Part shown: positions 61,451 to 64,000 of the stretch, piece after piece | Position numbering within the stretch: position 1 is the first letter of the stretch | Layout of the letters: every line of letters begins with the position of its first letter | Origin: Azolla caroliniana | Lineage: Eukaryota > Plantae > Polypodiophyta | Direction of reading: 5' to 3' | Assembly (NCBI GenBank): GCA_043228905.1 | Contig: JBHGNT010000006.1 | Coordinates: 10,168,001-10,232,000 of the forward strand | DNA: 64,000 bases | Program-made: the position numbers and the translations under genes | The notes under the pieces: model-generated | The model's input: the letters and a program-made list of their open reading frames with translations, nothing else | Told to the model about the DNA's origin: nothing | Databases searched by the model: none

Positions 61451-64000
61451 TAAGTTCCTTTCAAATGATTAAGTTGGTTCAATGTTCTAGATAGCTCATT
61501 TGCAAATACAAAAGTTATTACAATTGCAAAGGAACAAAGTTTGGTACAAAGTTATATTGTTTCAAGAAATTTGAACGAAGATGGTTTCAAGAGTGTGAAG
61601 ATGATCACGGATCATCAATATTGACCATGGCTTCCAAGGTTTGACTCAAGTTAGGTCTTAAATAGATCTATGCATGTATGGTATACCTTCTAATCATCAC
61701 CTAATCGATCGTACACTTGCATCTATGGTATACAATACTTTCACATCCAAAACTAAAATCTATTGCTTCATGCACAATGATGTTCAGGGGGCTTTAAAGC
61801 TTATGGTGACCTCAAGGTTTCATCGACGTGAATCTCAAATAAAAGTGCACGTTAGCTACAACACCCTCAAATAAACATGTATAACATCGTTGAAACTACA
61901 AAAATGAACCTTGTGTAGTTCATATTTGATGACCTCATGGTTTTGTTTTGTTTGACCTCCACTCAAACCCTACAGGGTATGCCCCATCATTTGTACAACC
62001 TTGAATTTAATAGTGTTTGCATTATGTTCATGACATGTCATGGGTTGCGTTGACATTTTAATATAATATAGTTATTAGTAGGAATGACATAAGTGTTATT
62101 GCCTAGATTGTTCCATCAAAAACTTTATTATCTATTTCTCTATAGGGATAGCATAATTGTGTTGGCCATTGGTTATAATCCATATGGCAAGACAGAATTG
62201 GCATAATGTACTCACATTATGGTGGCCTCATGGTCTCCATTTAGAGTTTGTTAGCTTTAAGGAGATTTGCAAGATGTTGTGCACATGTCACTTGTGGTAA
62301 CACGTGATAGTTATGTCTTGAACTATAGTGGGATGGCGAGAATGGCATAAAAGAATTTACATTGTGGATGGCCCAACATAAACATGTATGGACTTGTCTT
62401 CATGACCCTTTTCCCATTTCACATTTATACTCGAAGCAAAGCGACGTGCCTTTATGCCCACAATCACGACCATGCACAAGAAGCCAACTAAATTGGGGAG
62501 TTATAATGAATGCCATTATAGAGTTCTATAAAGTAAAGGTTGATACATATGTATATGGCACACCAATTAAATGGGGTAGGACCATCTAGAAAGGTCGCCC
62601 TCATGTGAGTGGTGCCCTAATGCTTACATAACTCAATGAAATTTAAGGAGCATCATGAGGGCATTATTAGTGGAACTTATGAACCAAAAGGAGAAACATG
62701 AGATCAAGTCCAAGCTGATGCCATTGACTGAGAATGGCCCACTCTTGAAGCTTTATTTGAACTCCAACCAATTACACGAGATAAAGAGTCCCAATTTTAA
62801 TCATACATATGTGTTTGAAGAAATAAGGTAGTCATAACATTCCTAACATATAATTGCCAACATGTTGATAATGTACTATCATCATTCATGGTCTCATCTC
62901 AATATTTGTTTAATTTGTACCTGCAATCTCGTCTTAATGTTCATTCAATGAGTGCACTAACTTTAGCTTTATTCATGAAGCAAAACACAAATTATTAACA
63001 TCATAAGTACACCATAACCTCCATATCTTGTGATTGTGGAAAATGCAACCTTGATTTCACAATAATGTAGATATTACTTTTAAGTTTTAACAATATAAGA
63101 GGGACTACCAAAGACGGAGAGTTATATTTTGGCCCACACATGGCTATAATTTCATGTAAATCATATTGCATACTAAGGGCTATAATTAGATGATATTTGA
63201 ATGAACCAAAACCCAAAACCTGGAACATTTAGAGGATACATTCAGATTTATAAGTGGCACTTTCTACTTTCTCAATTCTGACATAGACCTTTCATGAAAG
63301 ACATATGTCGGATTCTTGTGATTAATTTAAATTTATGGCATTCATGTTTTGTGTACAATAAAGGTTTAGTTAATGTCAACAACTCTTGCCAAATAATTGG
63401 AATAGGAAGACATATTTTACTATTAACTAACATGTAAATATTAGGAGAGAAAATGCACCCTTTCCATATGATCAAGGACATGAAAAAGTATGGCTTTATA
63501 AAAAAAGGACAATTGTTAGTTATTCCTACATATGAATTAAGAAAGATTTCCATACACATGCCCTTAATTTCAAAATACATGTATATCCACATAGATTGCT
63601 TATAAACCTATTAATGCTAAAGACCATTCTTCAAACAAGCTCCCACTCATAACGGGGGAAACAAATAGAATTGGTGTGCTGAGTTTTGATCAAGGGTTGC
63701 CTACAAGTTGGTAAAATACGGAGTGTAGTCTCTTGACATATTGTTTGATGAATAAAAACACAAGCTTGTGCAAGCTTTAAATCTAGGAGCACATGTGTGT
63801 ATTGAGCTTGATATCTTAACCAACTTGGTTAAAGACGTTAAAGACCAAGTATAGCAACATCTTTCTCACTACCATATGGGTTAGTAACGCATTGGGCAAC
63901 CAACATTAGAATAGAGCTCATGATAGATGTAGGTGAATATTATATATCTCCAGCTATTTAGGTGCACCAAAAACATATAGATACATTTTGAACTCAAGCT

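Noticed and set aside
59235-64000. Short ORFs in the distal region as genes
   Set aside because: AT-rich, no splice-consistent model or recognisable domain. At best eroded DNA-transposon sequence.

Overview
Eukaryotic land-plant genomic DNA, AT-rich and intron-containing. The TE families and gene content suggest a non-seed plant, probably a fern, but that is inference. Three intact spliced host genes can be reconstructed. (1) A 4-exon, 362-aa gene (5883-9437, +) whose motifs match an uncharacterised family I know from fungi and bacteria, making it a horizontal-transfer candidate. (2) TRAPPII subunit TRS120/TRAPPC9 (10 coding exons, 11739-20332, -, 1175 aa). (3) A universal stress protein A-like gene (56019-58457, +, 197 aa). 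About half the window is transposon-derived: a decayed Copia (1-5068) interrupted by a 2.9-kb non-autonomous LTR element; LINE copies and a solo LTR in TRS120 introns; and a 28-kb nested cluster (Copia B > Copia C > two Gypsy elements, 26692-54670) between the divergent TRS120 and USP genes. The strongest leads are: (a) the non-autonomous element (1795-4686), with near-perfect heat-shock-element arrays in its LTRs and about 24 tandem 48-bp units that each fold into the same bulged hairpin; (b) Gypsy-1, with a tRNA-Trp PBS, a 4-bp TSD, a tRNA-like A/B-box module in both LTRs and an apparent -1 frameshift signal (G_GAU_UUU plus stem/pseudoknot) placed after the protease; (c) the microbial-type gene. 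All coordinates, alignments and difference counts were made by eye and need computational confirmation.
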